In this document: in pieces, positions 14,861 to 27,626 of the stretch
Position numbering within the stretch: the stretch's first letter is position 1
Layout: each line of letters starts with the position of its first letter
Assembly (NCBI RefSeq): GCF_009914755.1
Contig: NC_060929.1
Origin: the human T2T-CHM13v2.0 reference genome, Homo sapiens
Direction: 5' to 3' (one strand)
Length of the DNA: 64,000 nt
Program-made: the position numbers and the translations under genes
Notes under the pieces: model-generated
Databases searched by the model: none
Told to the model about the DNA's origin: nothing
Seen by the model: the letters and a program-made list of their open reading frames with translations, nothing else

Positions 14861-16085
14861 AACATTATACTATTTCCCAGGGCTAAAATAATGCCATACA
14901 ACTTGGCATTTTATTCCTTGAAAAGTGACTAGCATTGTGCTAGGCATCTGTTGAATGTTCATTATATACTGGTTAAATTTAAAATCACTGCAAACATTTG
15001 ACTTTCTTGAAATGCCAAATGTTTTTAAGGCTAGTGAACCTAAAAAAATAAAGTGTGTTTCAAGATGAATTGATCAAAACAGTAGACAGGCAAAGTTAGG
15101 GGAAAAAGGAAGATAAGTTATTGAAACAGTGGAGAGGGGTTTAGAAAGAGTAAGACAACAGGTGCAATTGGGAAGATGGATCTGTGGGTTTTTGTGGAGG
15201 AAGAATAGAGTATTAACTTTAAAAAAAATTATTTGGACAAAGCACACTATTTTCCAGATTTATAAAACCCCACCACTCTTTTTGGTCTTAATCCAACCAC
15301 TTCCGCTATTTATGATAACTGTTGTGCCCTTCAAGGTAGTTTAGTTTGCATTGGATATATTAAACATAGTCACCTTTGAATTCTACATCTAAATGCAAGA
15401 ATTTATCAGAATGATTTATCTACATTGTATGAGTGCAATCTGACATTCTGGAGCCAGAAGTGCAACCAGCTTTCTGGAAAAAAATAAGTTAAGCCCTCTT
15501 TCATATACTGCTAGGCAATATGCATTATACATATTCATGTAATGCTCCTAGTAACTCAGTGAAGTAGGTACTACTATTATTCCTATATTATAGGTAAGAA
15601 AACAGGAAAGTGAACCTCAGAGACATGGAGTAATTTGTCTTAAGGCTTATGAGCTGCACGACCAGCATTCCTACTTATGCAGTGTGACTTCAGAGAAAGC
15701 CTCAATCTCTATTCTTTGCTGCCTCCCCTTAGCAATAACCACATCCTTAGGTTCTGCTGTGCTGCCTTGCAACACGCTGGCTCAGAATAAAGAATTGTCT
15801 AGAGTATCACAGCAAATCAGGGGTAACTGCAGAGCAATTCCAAATCAGAAGAGCCAGGCACCCCTTCATAGTCTTTTGAGATCAGAACCTGCAGACTATG
15901 TAATCTATGTATGTGAATTCAGGTAAACAGAGGCAGGCATCTAAGATATAACAAAAACACAGAAATCTGCATGAGGGCAAGATCAGGTCTAGAAACCAAA
16001 GAAGATCATGATTCTAAGAAACTTCTCAAGGCAGAAGCTGCTTTATGATCTGTAGATGTAATAGCTTGGCTGGTTTCATCTAAAC

Positions 16086-16271
16086 CAGTGTTTCTCAACC
16101 TCAGCACTTTGGACATTTTGGGCTGAAAGTTTCTTTATTGCGGGAGCTGTCCTGTGCACTGTAGGATCAGTGGTTTCTACTCAGTATGTGCCAGTAGTAC
16201 CCCCCATATACACTAGTCATGACAGTTAAAATAAAGTCTGCCTGATATGCCTCCCTCATTTATAACCACTG
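16086..16271 (+). mobile_element. MER20 (hAT-Charlie) DNA transposon fossil
   Basis: CAGTGTTTCTCAACCTCAGCAC...GCTGTCCTGTGCACTGTAGGAT...AACCACTG; degenerate 8-bp TSD ATCTAAAC/ATCTAGAT. Confidence 0.8.
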
Positions 16272-16419
16272 ATCTAGATAAAGAAAGGGTTCAAGGAATC
16301 TGTTTGTTCATCTAACAGGTGCTTGCTAAGTGCTGCTCAGTTTTCAGCATCATGTGACTTCAGGTCCCTTTCCTGGTAGTAAGGCAGGACTCTCGAAGTA
16401 TAATACTAGTCTGGAGACC

Positions 16420-16660
16420 TCAGGCAGTATGTTGCTGTTAGGGAGGGCATGTGCTCTGAACTTGACTGTTGTGGGTCTAATCTACTTTGAGCATCTTTCC
16501 CTTGGGCAAGTCACTAATTCTCATTAAGCCACAGCGTCTGCTCTGCAAAAGAGGTAGCAACAATGCTGGACACATGGGTTTGCTGTGAGGATTTCATGGG
16601 AAAACAAATGTAAGGGGCTGGGCTAAGTGCCAGACACAAAGTGCTCAGGGGATCCTTATG
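16420..16660 (+). mobile_element. MIR SINE
   Basis: CCTTGGGCAAGTCACTAATTCTC...GCTGTGAGGATT. Confidence 0.55.
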
Positions 16661-18365
16661 ATGACGATATCTTCACCTCTTCATCCAAAGGGACTGAGAA
16701 ATAGCCTTTGATCCTCCAAGACTGCAGTTTCAGAAACCACATTTATGGCTCTCCTTTTAGGATAAAGGTTAAATAAGTGGCCAGTGAAGAGGTTATTCTC
16801 CTGTGATTGTAGGGAAACTTTTTCATAAACTCTGGTAGACCCTATGGAATTAGTCCAAAGACTGGACTGGCTCAGCTTCCACTGCAGTTTTGTGATTAAA
16901 GGATTTAGGAGATTAACAGCATCTCTTCAGGAAGTAGCTCAGAGAGCTCAGTTGGGTGTATTCCAGTGAAGAGGCATTCTCTGAATTAAATCTCTTCTCT
17001 GAAAAGCGAGATATGTTTATACACAGAAGTGAGGATGAGGACCACAATTTCAAGTTAACAAGGAGTCGGATACCCAGTGTGAGCAATATCCCTTAGTCTA
17101 GGTGATATTAGCAAGCATATCAAAGATAGGCAAAAAATGAGTTGCATCATTATTCTTCCTTTCCCTAGTTGGGAAAATTTTGAATAGCATACGATAAAGA
17201 GCTAGCTAAATAGCTTGCCTTCTAATGCTCAGTTCTGTGAGTAATTTCCTATGGGAACTTTGGTGGATCACTCAACCTACCTGGTAATAAGGTTACCTCT
17301 CAATTGAATAAGAGGATTATTTGAGAACTGCCAGATTGTGAAATTTGAAAACGGCCAAGTCAGAAAATCTGAAATGTGTAACTTTGCCAAATTATGTGAG
17401 AATTGCCACTCAGCCATAAGCTCCAACTCCTAGCCCACTCCACCAAATTTGAAATAAATACAGTGTTAATGTGTTGGCAGCAGCAAACAGACTAGTGGAA
17501 CAAAAGTAGAAGTCAGGGTGGTATTACCTTTGGCCAAGAAGTTTGAAGGAAGGTAGGGTTTTTTTAGAAGGCCAATTAAAAAAAAAAAAAACTCACACTA
17601 GACAAGGACAATATTTTTCCCATAAATATGGGTATCGAGTTGTTTCGGCAAGAGGTAACAGTGATGTTGATGATTTTGCATCATAAGCTTTAACATACAC
17701 TCAAAGGTATGTACACAAATAGTAGCAATAATAGTCATTACTATTATTATCATTGACCATGTTAACTTGCTCATATATTGTCACCCTTATCTTAACGAGC
17801 ACTTGGAACTGGATGTTAATAACATCATTTATGAGGAAAGGAAACATCGTCTTAGCAAGATGAATTGACTTGCCTAAGGTTCCATAGCTAGTTTGTGGAG
17901 GAGTCCAAGCATTCTTCTGACTGGGTGACCTCTTCAAATGTTGGCTAATCCTCTGAGTTGGGTGTTTTGTTTCCTTTCAGCATGTCAGTTTCTTTGACTG
18001 TTCAGTGAAGAGGTTGTTCCAGACAGTTCTTCAAATCTCTTCTTGCTTTAATATATCTTTATTCTTCTAGGTAGTGACTTTTTTTGTTTGTTTGTTTGTG
18101 TTTGTCCCATGAAATTAGAAACCTTGTAATAAGACTTGTATGTGTTTTCACTTAATATGGAGGGGCAGTAGTTATACCACCCCACAACCAAACTTGTCAA
18201 AAAGTACCTTTTTTTCAATACAGTGAAAGGAAAGAGAAGTTTATCAAGAGTAGTGGATTGGCATGAAGTCTGGAGCCTCAGATTTCTAATCCCAGCACTG
18301 CCACTGTTTCCATGGTTGTGAACAAGATGCTAAGCCTCGTAAGGGCTCAGTTTTGTCATCTAGCA

Positions 18366-18711
18366 CAGCAGACCCTAACGTTTTTGGCACCAGGGAGCAG
18401 TTTTGTGGAAGACAATTTTTTCATGGACGGGAGTCGGGGTTGGGGGATGAGGGGGTAGTTGGGGATGGTTTCAGAATGAAACTTTTCTACCTCAGACCAT
18501 CAGGCACTAGACTCTCATAAGGAGCGCCCGACCTAGATCCCTTGCATGCCCAGTTCACAGTAGGGTTCCTACCCCTATGAGAAGCTAATACCACTGCAGA
18601 TCTGACAGGAGGTAGAGCTCAGGCAGTAATGCTCACTCGCCTGCCACTCACCTCCTGCTGTGCAGCCTGGTTCCCTGTACCCGTCTTCGGCCTGGGGGTT
18701 GGGAACCCCTG
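18366..18711 (-). mobile_element. MER1B (hAT-Charlie) inserted into a MIR
   Basis: TTTTTGGCACCAGGGA...GAAGACAATTTTT...CTCACCTCCTGCTGTGC...GGGGTTGGGAACCCCTG; perfect 8-bp TSD ATCTAGCA (18358-18365, 18712-18719). The MIR core CTCAGTTTTGTCATCTAGCA|AATGGG is split by the insertion. Confidence 0.9.
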
Positions 18712-18954
18712 ATCTAGCAAATGGGAACCACGGGTGCCCAGCTTATCACATGCGATTTGGAAATGGAAGTATGGATATGTCTGCGGGAAGCCCAATACTG
18801 GGGACATTCAAAGAATGTTGAGGACACAAAATAAATGGAGTAGAGAAGGATTCCACAGCAAAATCTGGCTTTAGCTCCAAGTTTTATGACAAATTACCCA
18901 GTGTGTCAAGTGGGTGTCAGTTTCTTCTTTTGAAAAACGGCAGCATTAGACTGG

Positions 18955-19200
18955 ATCAGGATTTCTAAAACTATCAAGAATAAATGTCCCTCAAAAATGT
19001 CTGAGGGACACACATTTGGAAAACACAGCACACTCTATCTCCCCCTTGGATGTTAATATGACTGTATTCTGAGATGCTCTGCAATAAAAAACACACCTAC
19101 TTTTATTTAACTCATTTGCCAAATTAAGTTGACCATGGAACACTGTATTCTGGAATATGTGTTAATATCCCATGAGACACTTTTGGAAAATTCAGGATTA
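18955..19200. mobile_element. Old hAT-type DNA transposon relic (MER112-like, uncertain)
   Basis: Similar to the reverse complement of 48670-48880; hAT-like ends (TTTGGAAAA). Confidence 0.35.
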
Positions 19201-20108
19201 GATGGTATCATTCTCTGAAAAATTATAAAGAGATATTATCTGTTGGATGTTATATCTACAAATGTTGGGGGTCACTTTCTTTCTTCTACTCTTCTGACTT
19301 GTTTCTCTATGTCTCTCATGAAGTTAAATTTGCCTTCTTAGTGTGAGGACCAGCAGGTATGTAGATGTGTGCACATTGTGTGTATTTTATTAGCAAGTAT
19401 TTTGAACACCAATGAACTACTACCATGGTAGATTCTATGGAAAATGGAAGAACAATAGAGAATATACTTATTTAACCTCCATTGTGTACCCAAGAAAGAA
19501 ATTGTAGTGCTGGATAACTTTCAGATTATTTTATCTCATTGAATTCTGTGACCCTCATGCTATAGAAGGAAAAAAAAAATGAGATTACAATGGGTCAAGA
19601 TAATTAGAGAAAGCTTTATGGAATAAATGAAATTTTGTGTAGACCTTGAAAATGTGTGAAATATGATCTTGTCAGGTAGGAATTACATGGATTAGACCAG
19701 AATGGAGCTAAAATTTGAGGCACAGGAAAAGTTATATCTTGACTTGTTACAGTGAACCCTGGCAGCTATCATAAGTATTTAAGCAAAGAAATAGCATGGG
19801 ATAAGTAAAAGTTTTGGTGGAGAGGGAGCTTAGAGGTAAAATCAGGAGGAGGTCCTTGATGTAATTTCAGGAAAGGTAACTAGATATAGTAAGGCATTGT
19901 CAGGAAGTAATACACTGGATTTCAAGTAAGAAAAATTGAACTGTTACAATTCTTTTATTGAAAATAATTTCCATCTGTACAAATATTTCATGATTAATCT
20001 GTTTACCTATTTTGAAGTAGTTGTATTTGTTTGTGGCACCTCTTTGCTTCAGATGCCCATTTACCCACTACAGAGGCAATTGCCAGTGTCTTGTTCATCC
20101 TTCCAGAA

Positions 20109-20338
20109 TAAGTTTCTCAGCCTCAGAACTATGATAATACATTTGGGGCCAGATTTCTCACTTTTGTGGGGACTGTCCTTTGTATTGTGGGGTGTTTAGC
20201 AGCATTCATAGCCTGTTACCCACTAGATTTCCATAGCACCCCTGCCCCCTCTGTTGTGACAACCAAAAATTTCTCCTGACCTTGCCACATATCCATCGGG
20301 GGACAAAATCACCCTGGTTCCCTGGTTGAGAATAACTA
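20109..20338 (+). mobile_element. MER20 DNA transposon fossil
   Basis: TTTCTCAGCCTCAG...GTTTAGCAGCAT...GTTGTGACAACCAAAAAT...CTGGTTGAGAA; TSD TTCCAGAA/TTCCAGAG. Confidence 0.85.
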
Positions 20339-20401
20339 TTCCAGAGATGTTCTGTAAAGAGGAATTTGTTGTACCAAAAGATAGAAGAAATGATAATATG
20401 A

Positions 20402-20689
<288 letters not shown>

Positions 20690-20781
20690 GATAATATCAT
20701 TTTTATATAAATAAAAGATTGGGAAGGCTGAAAGTTGGTCTCGAGGACTGAGGCTTGTGTAACTAGAAGACAGCTAGAATC

Positions 20782-21200
20782 TGTATTAGTTACTATATTT
20801 TTGGCTGCAGGAATCAAATCTGTGGACTTAAACTGGCTTGAATAAGAAGGAAATACATTAGGTCACTTGACAGGTGATCTTGAGGCAAGTCAAACTCCAG
20901 GTTTCATTGATTTGGTAGCACACAGGGTCATCATGGACTCAGATCCTTTCTGGGCTTTGGGCCTGTCACCCATAGCATTGGGCTGGTTCCCTGCAGTATT
21001 ATAAGATGCTATCAGCATCAGCTGTTTCTAACTGCTTCTTTATTTATGTCCAATAGTAGGCACATAGCCTGAGTCACTAAAGAGTGAGAATGTTTCTCTC
21101 CCAGAAACCACCAGGAATCCTCTTTTTAGGTGTTAATGGCCCAAATGGACTTAGCAATCCACCCCACCCCAATACCTGACAATTTCACTGGCAAGATGAA
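20782..21200 (-). mobile_element. Old MaLR LTR (MLT1J/K/L-like)
   Basis: TGTATTAGTTA...TTGGCTGCAGGAA...AACTGGCTTGAATAAG pattern. Confidence 0.5.
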
Positions 21201-21429
21201 TATGCTCAGCTTTGGAGGATAGAAGTCGAATGTCCCCTTACCAACTTTGGAAGGAGAAGAGTTAATTGGAAAAGTATGAAATATGGTGAGTTCAGTATGG
21301 TACCTCATGCTTTTTGAGCTGGTTGCCATTTAGATAGATTTTGTTTGGATCAGTAAAAGTACCAAATTGAATACAAATTGGTTCATGCAAATTGAAAACA
21401 TCCAAAAGGAAAATTTGCTGAGAGACAAG

Positions 21430-21700
21430 AGCATATAGGGTTAAAGACCATAATCTTGGAGGAAATTGGATATAGATAATTAAGTCATAGTTTAAGAGCT
21501 TTGGTCTTGATTCTAAACACAGCTGACTCAGCTACCTGCTGGGCATGTGATCTTCACCAAGTCACTTTTCCTTTCCGTGTATTTTTTTTTTATTTGTCAA
21601 ATTCAGAAGATAGGACTTTCCTTATAACAGTGATATGGGTGGATTAAGTGAGGCAATGTGTGCAGAGTGCTGAATCAAGTGACAGGCACTGGAGCACACT
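21430..21700 (+). mobile_element. MIR SINE
   Basis: GTGATCTTCACCAAGTCACTT...GGATTAAGTGAGGCAATGTGTGCAGAGTGC. Confidence 0.55.
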
Positions 21701-23989
21701 AATGCACAGTCACTGGTGATGGTGAGTGAGGCCATTGCCTTTGAGCTGGGAGGAATAATAGGAGTCCACAAAAGGAAAAGGAGAGCTCTGGAAGCACAGG
21801 GCCGGTCTCTGATCCTGCGGGAAGAGATGACTGCACAGAGCATCCTTGAGAACATTAAATAATGTTCTAAAATACCCTGTCTCCAGGTAAACATCACAGC
21901 ACTTTCAAATTTGATTCAGCCTTGAGCTCCTTAAGGTTCTGTCAACCTAGAATACTTGCCAGTTCAGACAACACACTGCTTAGATTATGTCTCCCCTCCC
22001 ACCACCTTATTCCCTTCCCTACATCAAAATGCAAGATTCAGTTATGCAGTCTAAAAATGAAAAAAAAATCCACCTAAATCTGAGAATTATATTCAATATT
22101 TTAGGACTATTTAACATTCTATAAACATTTAAATATGATATTACCTTGCCCAAGGTATGACATCATCTTTGATCACAGATTGGTACTGAGGGAAAACATC
22201 TGTTCCATGGGATTTTTCCGTAAAATAAGATGTAGAGTATTTCTATCAGCAAAGCAGGATGAGCTCACGTTGTCAGCCTAGATGTGAACATGGTGGTGTT
22301 TTATAGCCCTGGATTGTATAAATCTGTTTAAAATATTATTCTACTGTTGAACATACTTGGCTGCAAATATCCATGTCTTCCATCAAACACACATTTGTCA
22401 AGCACCTGCTAGATGCAGGGCATGGACTTAGCTTGGCACCAGTGCAAAGTGAGGATGGAGAACTAGAAGGAATTAATGTTCATTAGGTGTGTACTCCAGT
22501 AAATGGGCTAGAAATAAAACATGCTGGGTAGAAATGTGTGTTATTTAGTCTAATGCATTTCACTACCTTGTTGCACTAGGCCACATTCATGGCATTTGCT
22601 ATTAATTGTGGCATTAGTTTTTCTTTGGTTACATGATCCTCAGCATTCAACTGCTGAATGTGTATTAGTAGCTTCTCAGACTCTTGGCATTCTATGCCAT
22701 TGCCTAAACTCACAGAGTCAATAAGCAGTCGAACTGAAATTCTACTTTATGGCTGTCTAACCATGGTACCCAAACCCTTTCTACTAAATAAATCTGCTTC
22801 AACTATGGATCAAGAAGTAGTCACTGCCATCAGGAAATTTACCATTTCATAGAAAAGTGGAAACTGAATGCAAATAACCCTTATCAACATAAAAATAATA
22901 ACTGAGAGTACTGAACTATTATGTATGGCTTTGCATACATAAACCCACCCTGTTTTCATGTAAAGTGCCATGAGGTTTCTACCATTATTATACCAGTTTC
23001 ACAAATGGAAAAACTGATGTGCAGAAAACTGACATGAAAGCTGACACACAGAGGGGGAAAGAAGTAGATCCAGGATTTAAAACCAGGAAACTCTTTTATA
23101 GCTCCCAATCACACTGCTACCTCTGATAAACATTTCACAAGGTTACAAGTGACACGGAGGTTACAGGAATTGTAGATAAGTTGTATTTCTTATATGAGTA
23201 AATGGTCAGGGCATTGGGGTAGGAAATGAGATTTGGTCTGATCCTTAAGGAACATTGGTTGTGCAGAAGTGGAGGAAATGGACATTCTATAAGAAGGGCT
23301 TTCTTTTCATGAGCAGAAAGGGAAGAGATGCTGCTGTCTAGATAAGCTAAGTGCTTCACGACACTTCTGCGATAAGCTGTAGGATGGTCTTGTGCCCCTG
23401 CTTACCCATTCTCACTGCAGACATTGCTGCCTGTGTGAGCCTGGGGCCTGCTGGTGCAGCCAGTAAGAGCTAACTTTATGACCATTGATTTACACTCAGA
23501 TCCCTTGGTCCACAGATACATCACCAAGCACTCCAGCTTCTGAAGTCAGCGAAGGGAGGTTTATGACTCAATTTTATTCGTTTGCTTCTGCAGACAAGTG
23601 GCTTCAGTTGTGGAGGAGTTGTTTGAGATAAAACATCATTATTAGATTCCCGCTCTCTGAGCCCACTCTCTAGTCCCATAGTTACCTTTGAGCTAAGGCT
23701 CAAACAAAGGACCTGGTTGAGAACTGTTCCTCTGTGCACAAAAGAAAGTCATTTATTAGCTACTAGAAATTTAAGAATTTGGGACATAATGCTTTTTAAA
23801 GGAGATAGTGAAGGGCTTAGGAATAAGCATCCTTCATGAAGACGGCATGGGAATTGTCACTTTGTTTTTCTGCCTTCGTAGGTCATCTTGTTGGCTTTCA
23901 TTTTTCAAGACAGACATCTTATTTAGTGTACATGTTTCTTTACCACTTGGCTGTCTCAGTCTTCCAATATTCCTACATATACTCATTCC

Positions 23990-24555
23990 TCATACTCAAC
24001 AGGATCCTCCCCTGTATCTTTTCTGACCTTGTTGCCACACTCGCCCTGTCAGCTCTTTAGCCCTTGCCCCTCTAACACAGTCATCTCTTACCTCAAGACC
24101 TTTGCACTTCTTGTTCTTGCTACCTGTGGTATTTTAGTTGAGATATCCACCTGTCTCATCCTTCACTTTATCCAGATCTCTGCCAAAATTACCACAATTT
24201 CAGAACATCTTTTCTATGAAAACTATGCCATTCCCAACAAATGCCATTTTATTTTTTTCCTAGGACTTATTCCCACTGAACATATTATTTGCCTTTTTAG
24301 CTTTTGTCTATCTCATCACAACCCTTCCCTACACACTCAAATATGCACACTCTTTCTCCCAGAATCTTCTCCTATGATCATCCATATTCTCACTCTCACA
24401 ATCACGATCCAGTACATTATTCCTTGCCTCTCTCCTTGGATGTGTGTGTTCACGGGAACAGGGCAGGGTTTTGCGGGGGCAGGGGAGTGTATCTTTAATG
24501 CCTAGAACAGTACTTGGCACATGGTGAAAATTCGACAGTCACTGAATGAAAGAAC
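23990..24555 (+). mobile_element. L2 3' region
   Basis: CTCAAGACCTTTGCACTTCTTGTTC...GCCTAGAACAGTACTTGGCACATGG...TGAATGAA. Confidence 0.65.
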
Positions 24556-25858
24556 AAAAGAAAGAAAAAAAGGAAGTGGGGGAGGAAAGGAAAAGGGAGG
24601 GATAAAGGCAAAGGAAGAAAGAAACCATGCATGATCTTGGTTTTTTTCACATATGTTAGCTAAACCTGGTTAAGGTGACTTCCGGTTCTAAGAGCTACCT
24701 CCCATGGTCTAGCGATCCTGCTGTCAATACTTGCTGATATATTCCATGCCATCCCTGACACAGAAGTTACTATTTCCTGACATTCCCATGCTGTGCATTC
24801 TCTCATTTTGCTTTTACTGTGACTTCTACCAGTTTTCTCCTGTTCTTCTAAGGTCTTACAAAAAGGTCATCTCCTCCAGAAAGCCTTTTCTAACCGACCT
24901 GAAAAAATGGGGTTCTTGTTTATTTTCCTATTCATTTGACTTGATCACTCATACCAAGGCATTTGATTTGGCTTGTTTAACCTTAAGGAAGGGTAGCATC
25001 TGTTATGTACTGCCCAGGCCTTTGTCCATAGCATGGACATCTGTAAGCAGGTCTTCCCCTCTAAGGATTTGCTATTCAAATTTGGAGCATCAGCGAGAAC
25101 TCCCATCCCCACTGCTCATGCCACAGACACACAGCACATGTTTCTCTCTAGCACTGTATTTCCCTCTTTATTTCCCCTGATAACATCAAGGTGAGAGCCT
25201 ATAAGGCAAATGTGTAAGTGGGTTTCTTCTTGGTGACCAATTCAGATAAATTGGTCCTATTTGCCTGTAGTGCTGTGTTGAGAAGATGTGAAACGGAGTC
25301 TGAACACAGTGAGAAAGTGAGCAGTTACCAGTTGGCAGTGCCTGACCTAGGTACAACAGTGGGGATGTGGAGATACCATGGTTCATGTTTGCCATCCCTT
25401 CCCTAGTGGGATCTAACATTCTGTATGTTTGTTTGTAAATAAGTCACAGCAATCATGCTTATATTACTCATTTATCTTTTATTAGAGGCGAGTCCAAACA
25501 GAAGACTTTTCTTTGCCTACCACCTTGTACAAACAAGTACCAATGGATGTGGAGCCCCTGTGAATGGAGGAACATCCTACCAAGAATAAGGGTCAGCTCA
25601 TTTGAAAATAAGAACATCCTCCTGCAGTCATTGTAGGATACCACATCTGTTATTTCTCCCTGAGATAGCAATAATATTATTAATGATAATAATACCAATA
25701 AAAGTAGTATAGACTGTTATATAGTAGGGCACAGCTGTCCTCTGTTTGTCTTCAGCCCAAAATATTTTTAGATTTGTTTTCAGAATACCTTTTCATCCAT
25801 TGCTTTAAACCCGTCCCAAATCTAACTTCATCTTTAGCTCCTTCCACCTTAAAGAGTA

Positions 25859-26272
25859 TGGTCTTAGTCCATTTAGTGTTGCTATAAAGAAATACCTAAG
25901 GCTGGGTAATTTATGAAGAAAAAAAGGCTTCCTTGGCTCATGATTCTGATGGTTGGCAAGTTCAAGATTGAGCATCTGCCTCAGGTATGAGCCTCAGGCT
26001 GCTTCCAAAAGGCGAAGGGCAGCCAGCGTGTGTGGAGATCACATGGTCAGAGATGAAGCAAGAGAGGTGGAGAGATTCCAGGCTCTTTCTAACAACCAGC
26101 CCTTGTGGAAAATAGCAGAGTGAGAAGTCACTCACCCCCAATGGAGGGCATTCATCTGTTCATGAGGGATCCAACCCCATGACCCAAACACCTCCCAGTA
26201 GGCCCCACCTCCATCAGTAGGGATCACATTTCAACACGAGGTTTAGAGGGAACAAACATTCAAACCATAGCA
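25859..26272 (-). mobile_element. MaLR solo LTR (MSTB-like)
   Basis: GTCTTAGTCCATTTAGTGTTGCTATAAAG...GCTGGGTAATTTAT...CATGACCCAAACACCTCCC...CAAACCATAGCA. Confidence 0.9.
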
Positions 26273-27034
26273 GGTACTAAGTTTTTCAAAAGTGTTTCTT
26301 CTTTAAGATGCTCTCAAATCACTTGTTCCCACACTTGGAATAAGTTTCCCTGATTTGATGTATTTGAGCACCTGCCCAGACCCATCCTATACCTACCTGT
26401 TAATTCTTTTTTTTAATTGAGCTATAATTCATATAACATAAAATTCACCTTTGAGAATAATACACTTCAGTGGTTTTTCATATATTTTCTATTTTTTACA
26501 ATCATCACCACTGCCTAATTCCAGAATATTTTCATCATCCCATAAAGAAACCCCATACTCATCAGCAGTCAGTCTCCATCCTCCCCTTCTTACAACCCCT
26601 GGCAACCCTAATCTGCTGTCTATCTCTATGGGTCTAGTCTGGATATTTCATACAAATGGAATTACATAGTACATGACCTTCTGCATGTGACTTCTTTCCC
26701 TTAGCATAAGGTCTTCAAGGTTCATTCATATTGGGGCCTATATCTGTACTTCATTGCTTTTTATGGCTGAATTACTATTACGTTTGGGTACACCACATCT
26801 TGTCTATCCATTCATCAGTTGATGGACATTTGAGTTGTTCCTGCTTTTTGACTATTATGAGCAATGCTACAATGAAGATTTGTGTACACATTTTTGTGTA
26901 AATATATGTTTTCAATTATCTTGGTTATATACAGTCGTCCCCCTTAATCCGTGGTTGTACTTTCCATAATTTCAGTTACTCATGGTCAGCAGAGGTCTGA
27001 AAACAAGTGAGTGCAGTGCAATAAGACATTTTGA

Positions 27035-27366
<332 letters not shown>

Positions 27367-27477
27367 TTATTATGATATATTTTTATAATCTATTTTGTCA
27401 TTATTGCTGTTCATGTGTTACTATGCCTAATTTATAAATTTAGCTTTATTGTAGGTATGCAGGTATAGGAAAAACTG

Positions 27478-27626
27478 TTTGTGTATATATGTGTGTGTGT
27501 TATATAAACATATGTATCTATGTTTAACCAAAAAAAAGTATGCATATGTGTATATATATATGCATATAACATATATGTATATAAACATGTGCATATAATA
27601 TATATTATATATATATATTATATATC
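27478..27626. repeat. (TA)/(TG)-rich low-complexity expansion inside MER44A
   Basis: TATATATGTGTG...TATATATATTATA seen directly. Confidence 0.8.

Noticed and set aside
18985-19010. 9-bp inverted repeat TGTCCCTCA/TGAGGGACA
   Set aside because: Short, and inside a probable DNA-transposon relic where palindromes are common.
24029-25180. 158-aa and 149-aa ORFs
   Set aside because: They overlap L2-like relics, have non-ATG starts and show no recognisable homology or exon structure.
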